This document shows, one piece after another, positions 1-11,288 of a stretch of DNA of 64,000 nucleotides. The number at the start of each line of letters is the position of its first letter. Within the stretch, counting starts at the first letter, position 1. Source of the stretch: Squalus acanthias (taxonomy: Eukaryota); contig CM059432.1 in NCBI GenBank assembly GCA_030390025.1, positions 82,276,001 through 82,340,000 on the forward strand, written 5' to 3'. The position numbers and the translations under genes are program-made. The notes beneath the pieces were generated by a model that worked only from the letters and a program-made list of their open reading frames with translations, was not told the DNA's origin and ran no database searches.

Positions 1-420
1 CATTTTATGAGCTTAAGAAAGGAATTCAGCTTTAAGAGCTGAATATTCACCTTTGGGACTTCTTTTTAATGTTAAATATTTTTTTAAAGGCTGAAAGGGC
101 TGAAAACTGCATTGTTTCACTGGATTTTAATTTATATTGCTTCAGAGTGCATGGCCCCTTTAATTCTCATGCCTCTTCATTGCCCACGATTCCAGAGGCT
201 GTGCGAGGCTCGAACGCCGCACCTGGACAGGAACTTCGGGTCGGATGCCTCCAGCACGCCGCCAGGACGGCGTTGCACAGCAGGTAAGCGCTGCACCAAC
301 GATCTCCGTGCCCCCCAGATGAACTTTGCTCCATTAACGTTGCGGCCATTTTCAGCGGCCGTTAACTCCAGTTGCCGGTGACACCGGCAAGTTCACTGGC
401 TAAAACGAATTTCTCCCCCC
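1..420. mobile_element. Terminal arm of a PIF/Harbinger-family element (cut by window start)
   Basis: Similar to 28210-28644 (gaatt(c/t)agctttaagagctgaa ... caccggcaa ... cgaatttct). Ends in gaatttctccccc, the same TIR as the MITEs at 53480 and 60622. Confidence 0.65.
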
Positions 421-469
421 GTAATTCCCCAATGATTTTCTCCCGGTTTGCTTGCAGCAGTGCCAAGTA

Positions 470-1270
470 GATTAATCTTTAATTCCTGGGGACTCCAAGA
501 CAATCCTGGCAGGTTGGCAACCCTATTAGCATGAAGGCCGATTTTACAAAATCTCAATGAGAGTGTGGAGTAGGGTTAACAACCCTCCAGGAGTGTCCTG
601 GAGTCTACAGGAATTGAAGATTCATCTCCAGGACACTCCTGTAGACTCCAGGACACTCCTGGAAGCATCCCAGGAGAAAAATCATATGGGTATTAAAAAA
701 AATTGTGTTTTTTTCATTTTCTTTGAACACTTTCATGTATTAGTTGTAAAAATATTGGAGATGGGGAAGAAAGGTTGTTTCACGAACAGTCAAGATGAAT
801 CTAATTGGTTAACAAACAGTCTGGTTTCCAATTGGTGTAGGGGGCGGTGAGCCTGGAGGATGGGCCAATGGCGGGAGTGTGGGGGGCAGTGAGCCTGGAG
901 GATGGACCAATGGCGGGAGTGTGGGGAGCAGTGAGCCTGGAGGATGGGCCAATGGCGGGAGTGTGGGGGGCAGTGAGCCTGGAGGATGGGCCAATGGCGG
1001 GAGTGTGGGGGGCAGTGAGCCTGGAGGATGGGCCAATGGCGGGAGTGTGGGGGGCGGTGAGCCTGGAGGATGGACCAATGGCGGGAGTGTGGGGGGCAGT
1101 GAGCCTGGAGGATGGGCCAATGGCGGGAGTGTGGGGGGCGGTGAGCCTGGAGGATGGGCCAATGGCGGGAGTGTGGGGGGCAGTGAGCCTGGAGGATGGA
1201 CCAATGGCGGGGTTGTTCGATCCGGGAGGTCATGTGATGAAATCTCCAGGAATACACCCAATCAGAGTTT
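470..1270. mobile_element. Non-autonomous DNA-transposon-like repeat ends (TAGGGTTG/AxCAACC family) in head-to-head arrangement
   Basis: The reverse complement of 485-526 (tagggttgccaacctgccaggattgtcttggagtc) resembles 571-612 (tagggttaacaaccctccaggagtgtcctggagtc). Confidence 0.45.
836..1212 (+). repeat. 42-bp G-rich minisatellite, about 9 copies
   Basis: Unit gtgagcctggaggatgg(g/a)ccaatggcgggagtgtggggggc(a/g). It explains the repetitive ORFs 790-1341, 809-1261, 847-1317 and 879-1370. Confidence 0.95.
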
Positions 1271-1956
1271 CCCAGTACGTGCGACTTGTCATATTGGGGA
1301 ATTGCAGAAAATCGTGAGATCTGGCGTCTCCTGGCAGGCAAGACTCCCCGTCAGTAACACACATTCATAAAATTGGTCCTCCGGATAAATACAGTTAGAT
1401 ACACCAAACCGAATGCCTATCAGTTGATATCATGGCATGGGCACAGAAAGAGGAAAAGTTGTGGTTAAAAGTCTTTGAAAGTGCCAGCTTTGATTACTTA
1501 GAACACTGGGTCCTCTTTTTTTGTTGTGTGCAAGAACCGTGACAAGAACTAGAATGAGCTGAATGGCCTTCCTCATCCCTTGTGAACCAGGTGGATCGCT
1601 ACAAAGAAAGACTTGTACTTGTATAGCACCTTATCACATCTCTCAGAAGTGTCTCTAAGTGTCAGCTGTGGCTCAGTTGGTAGCACTCTCACCTCTGAGT
1701 CAGAAGGTTGTGGATTCATAGTCCCTTGAGCACATAAATCTAGGCTGATACTCCAGTACTGACGTAGTGCCGCACTGTTGGAGGTGCTGTCTTTCGGATG
1801 AGACATTAAACCGAGGCCCTGTCTGCACTCTCCGGTGGACGTAAAAGATCCCATGGCACTATTTCGAAGAAGAGCAGGCAAGTTATCCCTGGTATAACAA
1901 CAGAAAACGCTGGAAAAACTCAGCAGGCCAGGCAACATCCGTGGAGAGAGAAAGAG

Positions 1957-1992
1957 AGTTAACGTTTCAGGTCGAAACCCTTCGTCGGAACT
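1957..1992 (-). ncRNA. Minimal type I hammerhead ribozyme motif in PLE tail (core variant CCGACGA)
   Basis: Minus strand AGUU-CCGACGA-AGGGUUUCGACCU-GAAACGUU-AACU. One core substitution relative to CUGANGA. Confidence 0.6.
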
Positions 1993-2263
1993 GAAAGAGC
2001 AAGAAATAAACAGATAAAAATGCAAGGGGGAGGCTGGGGGGAGGAATAAAAGAACAAAAGGGATGGTCTTTAGTGAGTAGAGACATTGAGAGATGCTCAA
2101 GGCAAGACAAGATGGTAATGGGACAGGTTGAGAAACAAAAGATAAGGTGTGAAATGCTGGCAGAATCAGAGACAGCTGCCGTGGGGGGAGAGAGAGAAAA
2201 AAAGGAAAAAGGCACGGACCAAAAGAGTGGATAAAATGTATACATATGTGGTAGGGGCCGGGG

Positions 2264-3634
2264 TTATGATCTGAAATTGTTGAACTCGATATTGAGTCCG
2301 GAAGGCTGTAAAGTGCCTAAACGGAAGATGAGGTGCTGTTCCTGGAGCTTACGCTGCGCTTCCGTGGAACAATGCGAGAGGCCGAGGACGGTGAGGTCTG
2401 AGTGAGCGTGGAGTGGTGAATTAAAATGATAAGCGACCGGAAGCTCGGGGTCACCCTTCCGGACTGAACGGAGGTGTTCCGCAAAGCGGTCACCCAATCT
2501 GCGTTTGGTCTCCCCAATGTAGAGGAGACCACATCGTGAGCAGCGAATACAGTATACTAGATTGCAAGAAGTACAAGTAAATCGCTGTTTCACCTGGAAG
2601 GGGTGTTTGGGGCCCTGGACAGTGGGAAGGGGGGATGTATAAGGGCAGGTGTTGCATCTCCTGCGCTTGCACGGGAAGGTGCCGGGTGAAGGGGAAGGGG
2701 TGCTGGGGGTGATAGAGGAGTGGACTAGGGTGTCTCGGAGGGAGCGGTCCCTACGGAATGCTGAAAGGGGAGGTGAGGGGAAGATACGTTTGGTGGTGGG
2801 ATCACGTTGGAGGTGGCGGAAATGGCGGAGGATGATCCGTTGAATATGGAGGCTGGTGGGGTGAAAGGTGAGGACAAGGGGAACTCTATCGTGGTTCCGG
2901 GAGGGAGGGGCCGGGGTGAGGGCAGAAGTGCGGGAGATGGAACGGACACGGTCGAGGGCCGTGTTGACCACGGTAGAGGGGAATCCTCGGTTGAGGAAAA
3001 AGGAAGACATGTCGGAAGCACTGGTATGGAAGGTGGCATCGTCGGAGCAGATGCGGCGGAGACGGAGAAACTGGGAGAAGGGAATAGAGTCCTTACAGGA
3101 GGCAGGGTGGGAGAAAGTGTAGTCCAGGTAGCTGTGGGAGTCAGTGGGCTTGTAGTGAATGTTGGTCAATAACCTATCCCCAGAGATGGAGACGGAGAAG
3201 TCGAGGAAGGGGAGGGAAGAGTTGGAGATGGACCATGTGAAGGTGAGGCAAGGGTGGAAATTGGAGGCAAAGTGAATGAAATTGTCTAGTTCAGGGCGAG
3301 AGCAGGAAACGGCACCGATACAGTCGTCAATGTACCGGAAAAAGAGGTGAGGGAGGGGACCCGAGTAGGACTGGAACAAAGAGTGTTCCACATATCCCAC
3401 GAAAAGGCAGGCATAGCTAGGACCCATGCGGGTACCCATAGCAACACCTTTGATTTGGAGGAAATGAGTGGAGTCAAAGGAGAAGTTGTTCAATGTGAGA
3501 ACAAGTTCAGCCAGGCGGAGGAGGGTGGCGGTGGATGGGGACTGGTTGGGCCTCTGTTCAAGGAAGAAGCGGAGCACCCTCAGGCCATCCTGGTGGGGGA
3601 TGGAGGTGTAGAGGGATTGTACGTCAATGGTGAA
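2264..3634 (-). CDS. PLE reverse transcriptase plus GIY-YIG endonuclease (N-terminally truncated, frame open)
   Basis: RT motifs FTIDVQSLYTSI, QIKGVAMGTRMGPSYA, RYIDD and FLD. Zn-linker CKRRRCNTC. GIY-YIG-type NLVYCIRCSRCGLLYIGETKRRLGDRFAEH ending in GLN. Confidence 0.9.
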   Translation of the reverse strand, partial: FTIDVQSLYTSIPHQDGLRVLRFFLEQRPNQSPSTATLLRLAELVLTLNNFSFDSTHFLQIKGVAMGTRMGPSYACLFVGYVEHSLFQSYSGPLPHLFFRYIDDCIGAVSCSRPELDNFIHFASNFHPCLTFTWSISNSSLPFLDFSVSISGDRLLTNIHYKPTDSHSYLDYTFSHPASCKDSIPFSQFLRLRRICSDDATFHTSASDMSSFFLNRGFPSTVVNTALDRVRSISRTSALTPAPPSRNHDRVPLVLTFHPTSLHIQRIILRHFRHLQRDPTTKRIFPSPPLSAFRRDRSLRDTLVHSSITPSTPSPSPGTFPCKRRRCNTCPYTSPLPTVQGPKHPFQVKQRFTCTSCNLVYCIRCSRCGLLYIGETKRRLGDRFAEHLRSVRKGDPELPVAYHFNSPLHAHSDLTVLGLSHCSTEAQRKLQEQHLIFRLGTLQPSGLNIEFNNFRS

Positions 3635-4028
3635 AAGTTATCCCTGGTGTTCTGGCCAATATTTATCCTTCAATCAACATCACTAAAAAACAGATTGCTG
3701 TTTGTGGAAGCTTGCTGTGTGCAAATTGGCACATTTCCTACATTACAACAGTGACTACACTTCAAAAAAGTACTTTGGGACTTCCGGTGGTCGTGAAAGT
3801 TGTTATATAAATGCAAGTCTTTCTTTCAAAGCGCTTTCTGTACAGTTAATTACTGTGAAGTAGTGGCTGTTACATAAGCAACCGCAGCAGTCATTACATT
3901 TGCAGTAAGATCCAACAAACAATGAGATGAATGGTCAGTTTATTTATTTTTGGTAGTGTTGTTGGTACATATCAGTTGCCAGGACAACTGGGATCTGAAA
4001 TTCCACAGGGATTCTACTGTTCACCCAA

Positions 4029-7000
4029 TGAATCATAGAATCATAGAATGGTTACAGCACAGAAGGAGACCATTCAGCCTGTTGAGCCTGTGCCAGCTCT
4101 CTGCAAGAGCACTTCAGCTAGTCCCACTCCCCTGCCCTTTCCCCATAGCCCTGCAAATTTTTTCCGTCAGGTACTTATCCAATTCCCTTTTGAAAGCCAT
4201 GATTAAATCTGCCTCCACCACCCTTTCAGGCAGTGCATTCCAGATCATAACCACTCGCTGTGTAAATTTTTTTTCCTCATGTCGTCTTTGGTTCTTCTGC
4301 CAATCACCTTGAATCTGTGTCCTCTGGTTCTCGACCCTTCCGCCAATGGGAACAGTTTCTCTCCATCTACTCTGTCTGAACCCCTCATGATTTTGAACAC
4401 CTCTATCAAATCTCCTCTCAACCTTCTCTACTCTAAGGATAACAACCCCAGCTTCTCCAGTCTATCCACATAACTGAAGTCCCTCATCCCGGGAATCATT
4501 CTCGTAAATCTTTTCTGCACTCTCTCTAAGGCCTTCACATCCTTCCTAAAGTGCAGTGCTCAGAATTGGACACAATACTTCAGTTGAGGTCGTACCAGTG
4601 TTTTATAAAGGTTCATTATAACTTCCTTGCATTTGTACTCGATGCCTCTATTGATGAAGCCCAGGATCCCGTAAGCTTTTTTAACCAGTTTCTCAACCTG
4701 CTCTGCCACCTTCAACGATTTGTGCACATATACCCCCAGGTCTCTCTGTTCCTGTACCCCCTTTAGAATTGTACCCTTTAGTTTATATTGCCTCTCCTCG
4801 TTCTTCCTACCAAAATGTATCACTTTGCACTTGTCTGCGTTAAATCTCATCTGCCATGCGTCCGCCCATTCCACCATCCTGTCTATGTCGTCTTGAAGTC
4901 TATCACTATCCTCCTCACTGTTCACTATACTTCCAAGTTTTGTGTCATCTTCAAATTTTGAAATTGTGCTCTGTACACCCATATCCAAGTCATTAATATA
5001 TATCAAGAAAAGCAGTGGTCCTAGTACCGACCTCTGGGGAACACCACTGTGTACCTTCCTCCAGTCTGAAAAGCAACCATTCACCACTACTGACTTAGTC
5101 AATTTCGTATTCATAGAGTCATAGAGTGAAACAGCACAGAAAGAGGCCCTTTGGCCCATCGTGTCCGCGCCGGCCATCAAGCCCTGTCTATTCTAATCCC
5201 ATTTTCCAGCACTTGGTCCGTAGCCTTGTATGCTATGGTGTTTCAAGTGCTCATCTGAATGCTTCTTGAATGTTGTGAGGGTTCCTGCCTCTACCATCCT
5301 TTCAGGCAGTGAGTTCCAGATTCCAACCACCCTCTGGGTGAAAAAGTTTTTCCTCAAATCCCCTCCAAACCTCCTGCCCCTTACCTTGAAACTATACCCC
5401 CTGGTTATTGACCCCTCTACTAAGGGGAAATGTTCATTTCTATCTACCCTATCTATGCCCCTCATAATTTTGTACATCTCAATCAGGTCCCCCCTCAGCC
5501 TTCTCTGCTCTAAGGAAAACAACCCCAGCCTATCCAGTCTCTCTTCATAGCTGAAGCGCTGCAGCCCAGGTAACATCCTGGTGAATCTCCTCTGCATCCT
5601 CTCCAATGCAATCACATCCTTCCTATAGTGTGGCGACCAGAACTGCACACAGTATTCCAGCTGTGGCCTAACTAGCGTTTTGTACAGCTCCATCATAACC
5701 TCCCTGCTCTTATATTCTATGCCTCGGCTAATGAAGGCAAGTATCCCATATGCCTTTTTAACCACCTTATCTACCTGTCCTGCTGCCTTCAGGGATCTAT
5801 GTACATGCACACCAAGGTCCCTCTGATCCTCTATCCTTCCTAGGGTCCTACCATTCATTGTGTATTCCCTTGCCTTGTTAATCCTCCCAAAATGCATTAC
5901 CTCACACTTTTCAGGGTTAAATTCCATTTGCCACTGTTCTGCCCATCTAACCAACCCGTCCATATCGTCCTGTAGCCTGAGGCTTCCCTCCTCGCTATTT
6001 ACCACCCCACCAATTTTCGTGTCATCTGCGAACTTACTGATCATACCACCTACATTCATATCTAAATCATTTATGTACACTACAAACAGCAAAGGACCCA
6101 GCACCGATCCCTGCGGTACACCACTGGACACAGGCTTCCAGTCACAGAAACAACCTTCGACCATCACCCTCTGCCTCCTGCCACTAAGCCAATTTTGGAT
6201 CCAATGTGCCAAATTGCCCTGGATCCCATGGGCTCTTACCTTCTTGACCAGTCTCCCATGCAGGACTTTGTCAAAAGCCTTACTGAAGTCCATGTAGACT
6301 ACATCAACTGCACTACCATCATCCACACACCTGGTCACCCCCTCGAAAAATTCAATCAAATTGGTCAGACCTGATCTCCCCGACAAAGCCATGCTGACTA
6401 TCCTTGATTAATCCTTGCCTCTCCAAGTGGAAACTAATTCTGTCCCTCAGAATTTTTTCCAATAATTTCCCTACCACTGATGTTAGGTTCACTGGCCTGC
6501 AATTCCCTGGTTTATCCCTACTACCCTTCTTGAATAATGTACTACATTAGCTGTTCTCCAGTCCTCTGGCACCTCCCCTGTGGCCAGAGAGGTTCTGAAA
6601 ATTTGTGTCAGAGCCCCTGCAATCTCCTCCCTTGCCTCACACAGCAGCCTGGGATACATCTCGTCTGGGCCTGGGGATTTATCCACTTTTAAGCCCGCTA
6701 AAACCGCTAGTACCTCCTCCCTCTCAATACTAATTTGTTCAAGTATATCACAATCCCCCTGCCTGATTTCTATGCCTACATCGTCCTTCTCCATAGTGAA
6801 CACAGATGCAAAATATTCATTTAAAACCTCACCTACATCTTCTGGCTCTACACACAGATTGCCACTTTGGTCCCTAATGGGCCCTACTCTTTCCCTGGTT
6901 ATCCTCTTGCCCTTAATATACTTATAAAACACCTTGGGATTTTCCTTTATTTTGCCCGCCAGTGTTTTTTCATGCCCCCTCTTCGCTCTCCTAATTTCTT

Positions 7001-10000
7001 TTTTAAGTACCCCCCTGCACTTTTTATACTCCTCTAGGGCTTCCACTGTTTTTAGTCCTTTGTAGCTGCCAAAAGCCTCCCTTTTTTTCTAATCCATTCT
7101 CGTATATCCCTTGACATCCAGGGTTCCCTGGGCTTGTTGGTCCCACTCTTGACTTTACGGGAACATGTTGGCGTTGTACTCTCTCTATTTCCTTTCTGAA
7201 AGACTCCCACTGCTCTGATGTGGATTTTCCTACAAGTAGCTGATCCCAGTCCACTTTGGCCAGATCCTGCCTTATCATATTAAAATCGGCCTTCCCCCAA
7301 TTTAAAACTTTATTTCCGGTCCATCTTTATCCTTTTCCCTGACTACCTTGAATCTCACCGAATTATGGTCACTGTCACCAAAATGCTCTCCTACTGACAC
7401 TTCTACCACTTGCCCGGCTACATTCCCTAGAATTAGGTCCAGTACTGCCCCCTCTCTTGTCGGGCTTTCTACATGCTGGCTCAAAAAGCTCTCCTGGATG
7501 CACTTTAAGAATTCCGCACCCTCTGAGCCTTGCACACTCTGACTATCCCAGTTAATATTGGGGAAGTTGAAATCCCCTCCTATTATTACCCTATTATTTC
7601 TACACTTCTCTGAGATTTGCCTACATATCTGTTCCTCTATCTCTCCCTGACTGCTTGGAGGCCTATAGTACACTCCCAGCAAAGTGCTTGCCCCCTTTTT
7701 GTTTTTAAGTTCTACCAATATGGCCTCATTAGAGGAACCTGCTAAGATATCATCCCTCCTTACAGCAGTAATTGACTCCTTGATTAATATTGCGACACCC
7801 CCTCCTCTTTTACACCCTCCTCTGTCTCGCCTGAAGATTCTATACCCCGGAATATTGAGCTGCCAGTCCTGCCCCTCCCTCAACCATGTCTCTGTGATAG
7901 CAACAATATCATACACCCATGTGTTTATCAACACCTTCAATTCATCTGCCTTACTCGCAAGACTCCTTGCATTGAAATAAATGCCATCCAGCCTTGCCAT
8001 ACTCCCTTGTGCCGTTACATATTTGCTCTGCCTTCCAGGCTGACTTGTTTTTTCCTCTATATTTGGCTGTGCATCACCCCCTACTATAGCTCCACTCCGT
8101 ATCCCATCCCCCTGCCAAGTTAGTTTAAACCCCCCCCAACAGTACTAGCAAACTTCCCCGCAAGGATGTTGGTCCCATTCCGGTTCAGGTGCAACCTGTC
8201 CGACTTGTACAGGTGCAACCTGTCCGACTTGTACAGGTCCCACCTTCCCCAGAAGCAGACCCAGTGATCCAGGAAACTAAAGCCCTCCCTCCTGCACCAA
8301 CTCTTTTTGCCACGCATTCATCTGCTCTATCCTCCTATTCCTATACTCACTAGCACGTGGCACTGGGAGTAATCCAGAGATTACAACCTTTGAGGTCCTG
8401 CTTTTTAATCTGCTACCTAGCTCCCTAAATTCTTGTTGCAGGACCTCATCCCTCTTTCTACCCATGTCGTTGGTACCAATGTGAACCACAACCTCTGACT
8501 GTTCGCCCTCCCCCTTCAGAAAGTCCTGCAGCCATTCAGTGACATCCTTGACCCTGGCACCAGGGAGGCAACATACCATCCTGGAGTCACGTCTGCGGCC
8601 ACAGAAACGTCTATCTGTTCCCCTTACGATAGAATCCCCTATCACTATTGCTCTCCCACTCTTTTTCCTCCCCTCCTGTGCAGCTGAGCCACTCGTAGTG
8701 CCACGGACTTGGCTCTTGCTGCATTCCCCTGAGAAACCATCTCCCCCATCAGTATCCAAAATGAAAATCTGTCGGAGAGGGAGATGGACCCAGGGGACTC
8801 CTGCACTACCTTCCTAGTTCTTTTACTCTGTCTGGCGGTCACCCATTCCCTGTCTGCCTGTGCACTCTTTACCTGCAGTGTGACCACCTTGTTAAACGTG
8901 CTAGCCACGAAGATCTCAGCTTCGCAGATGCTCCACAGTGACTCCAGCCGCAGCCCCAGCTCCGAAACGCGGATTTTGAGTAGCTGCAGCTGGAGACACT
9001 TCCTGCACATGTGTTCGCCCTGGACACCTAAAGTGTCCCTGACTTCCAAAATAGCACAGGAGGAGCACGCCACGCTGCTGAGCTGCCCTGCCAAGTCCTA
9101 CCCTTAATTTACTCCCTTTAAATTAAAGAATATTAAATACACTACGGACCTTACTTCCCTTTAAACACTACTTACTCTAAACTAGAGACCTTACTTTTAC
9201 TTTAATGACTGGAATGTAGAAATACTGTAGAAATACTCACCACTGGTTCTCTGTTCCCTCTTGTGCAGCTTTTTAGCTCCTGCTCTCCTGGAAGCTGACA
9301 AAGATGGAAAAAGAAAGGAACACCTCCCTCCCCGAACTCCCTAACTCACCAAACTTGCAGCTTAACACTCTGTTCCAATCTGCACTCCGTGACCATGCTG
9401 CCACTGTCCCTTTTATTCCGTGAGCTTCAACTTTGCTGGCAAGCCTATTATGTGGCACTTTATCAAACTCTTTTTTGAAGTCCATGTACACCACATCAAC
9501 CGCATTACCCTCATCAACCCTCTCTGTTAACTCATCAAAAAACTCAATCAAGTTAAACACGATTTGTCTTTAACAAATCCGTGCTGACTTTCCTTAATTA
9601 ATCCACACTTGTCCAAGTGACTGTTAATTTTGTCCCGGATTATCGTTTCTAAAAGCTTCTCCACTACTGAGGTTAAACTGACTGGCCTGTAGTTGCTGGG
9701 TTTATACTTACACCATTTTTTGAACAAGGGTGTACCATTTGCAATTCTCCAGTCCTCTGGCGCCACCCCCATATCTAAGGAGGATTGGAAGATTAGGGCC
9801 ACTACCTCCGCAATTTCCCCCTTTACTTCTCTCAGCATCCTTGGATGCATCCCTGGTGACTTAGCTACATTAAGTACAGCCAGGCTTTCTATTACTTCCT
9901 TTATCAATTTTTATCCCATCCAGTATCTCAACTACCTCCTCTTTCACTGTGGCTTTGGCAGCATCTTCTTCCTTGGTAAAGACAGATGCAAAGTACTCAT

Positions 10001-10810
10001 TTAGTACCTCAGCCATGCTCTCTGCCTCTATGCACAGGTCTCCTTTTTGGTCCCTTTACTATTTATATGCCTATAGAAGATTTTTGGATTCCCTTTTATG
10101 TTAGCTGCCAATCTATTCTCATACTTTCTCTTTGCCCCTCTTATTTCCTTTTTCACTTCCCCTGTGAACTTTCTATAATCAGCCTGGTTCCACTTGTATT
10201 TGCAACCTGACATCTGTCATACGCCCCCTTTTTCTGCTTCATCTTACTCTCTATCTCTTTCGTCATCCAGGGAGCTCTGACTTTGGTTACCCTACTTTTT
10301 CCCCCTCGTGGGAATGTACTTCGACTGTACCCGAACCATCTCCTCTTTAAAGGCAGCCCACTGTTCGATTACAGTTTTGCCTGCCAATCTTTGATTCCAA
10401 TTTACCCGGGCCGGATCTATTCTCAACCCACTGAAATTGGTCTTCCTCCAATTAAGTATTTTTACTCTAGATTGCTCCCTCTCCTTTTCCATAGCTAATC
10501 TAAACATTATGATACTATGATCACTGTTCCCTAAATGTTCCCCTCCTGACACTTGCTCCACCACATTCCCCAGAACCAGAAATGCCTCCTTTCTCATTGG
10601 GCCGGAGATGTACTGATCAAGAAAGTTCTCCTGAACACACTTCAGAAATTCTTCCCCCTCTCTGCCCTTTACACTATTACAATCCCAGTCAAAATTAAGA
10701 TAATTGAAGTCACCCATTATCACTACTCTATAGTTCTTGCACCTCTCTGTAATTTCCCTGCAAATTTGCTCCTCTATATCCTTCCCACTAGTTGGTGGTG
10801 TATAGAATGC
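4029..10810 (-). mobile_element. Decayed CR1 LINE (parts 4029-5110 and about 9393-10810), interrupted by a younger CR1
   Basis: (ATTCTATG)n tail at about 4029-4050. RT remnants GVPQRSVLGPLLFLIYINDL and VYMDFKKEFDKVPH, APE remnant MGDFNY...SDH. Sequence is collinear across the 5111-9392 insert. Confidence 0.85.
5111..9392 (-). mobile_element. Near full-length CR1 LINE with ORF1 (Zn-finger/coiled coil plus SGNH esterase) and ORF2 (APE plus RT), frameshifted
   Basis: ORF1 pieces CSSC...CRKC, IVIGDSIVRG...CLPGARVKDV...HIGTND and DRLHLN. ORF2 pieces YFNARSL, AITETWL, GDFN, SDH, YMDFSKAFDKV, GVPQGSVLGP and FADDTK. 3' tail actctatga. Confidence 0.92.
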
Positions 10811-11019
10811 TCTATTGTTTCTTAACTGTAACAGAACCCACTGGGAATCAGAATGAACGACAATTTATGTTGCTTCCCTGGGGGTTCCGCCATCTCTGGC
10901 CTGAGTTATGGTGGGAGATCAGAAGAATCACCACAGAATTTTCAGGGCACATAGCAAGCCAGATCAACAATTTGGCTCCAATTTGTTGCTTTAACAGATT
11001 CCATAAAACCCAATTTTAA

Positions 11020-11288
11020 AAAGAAAAAAGACTTGTATTTATATAGCACATTTCATGACCTCAGGACGTCTTTAAGAGCTTTACAGCCAATGAAGTACTT
11101 TTGAAGTGTAATCACTGTTGTAATGTAGGAAAAGCAGCAGCCAATTTGTGCACAGCAAGCTCCCACAAACAGCATTGTGATAATGGCCAGATAATCTGTT
11201 TTAGTGATATTGATAGTGATATTAAATATTGGCCAGGATACCGGGGCGAACTCCTCTGCTCTTCAAAATAGTGCCATGGGATCTTTTA
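11020..11288 (-). mobile_element. DeuSINE/SacSINE1-like, 5'-truncated
   Basis: Reverse complement of the core and tail seen at 35873-36320. Confidence 0.8.

Larger units (their letters stand above)
1894..3634 (-). mobile_element. 5'-truncated Penelope-like element (Poseidon-like), apparently young
   Basis: Flanked by a perfect 14-bp TSD aagttatccctggt (1880-1893 and 3635-3648). Carries an RT plus GIY-YIG ORF and a 3' pLTR-like tail with a hammerhead motif. Confidence 0.92.
1659..3827 (+). mobile_element. tRNA-derived DeuSINE (SacSINE1-like), split by a Penelope insertion (parts 1659-1893 and 3635-3827)
   Basis: tRNA-like head with A-box tggctcagttggtagc, Deu-domain-like core gatgagacattaaaccgagg...aagatcccatggcactatttc, and L2-like tail ...tatataaatgcaagtctttcttt. 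Confidence 0.8.

Noticed and set aside
836..1212. CRISPR-like array
   Set aside because: The units are contiguous with no unique spacers, there are no cas genes, and the context is eukaryotic. The same applies to 43733-43928.
790..1370. Repetitive Pro/His/Gly-rich ORFs
   Set aside because: They are by-products of the 42-bp minisatellite, with no splice signals or unique domain.
1659..1730. tRNA gene
   Set aside because: It is the tRNA-derived head of a SINE and continues into the Deu-like core. The same applies at 34280-34350.
8186..8236. Duplicated peptide LYKSDRLH in CR1 ORF1
   Set aside because: It is a simple 24-bp tandem duplication in a disabled copy.
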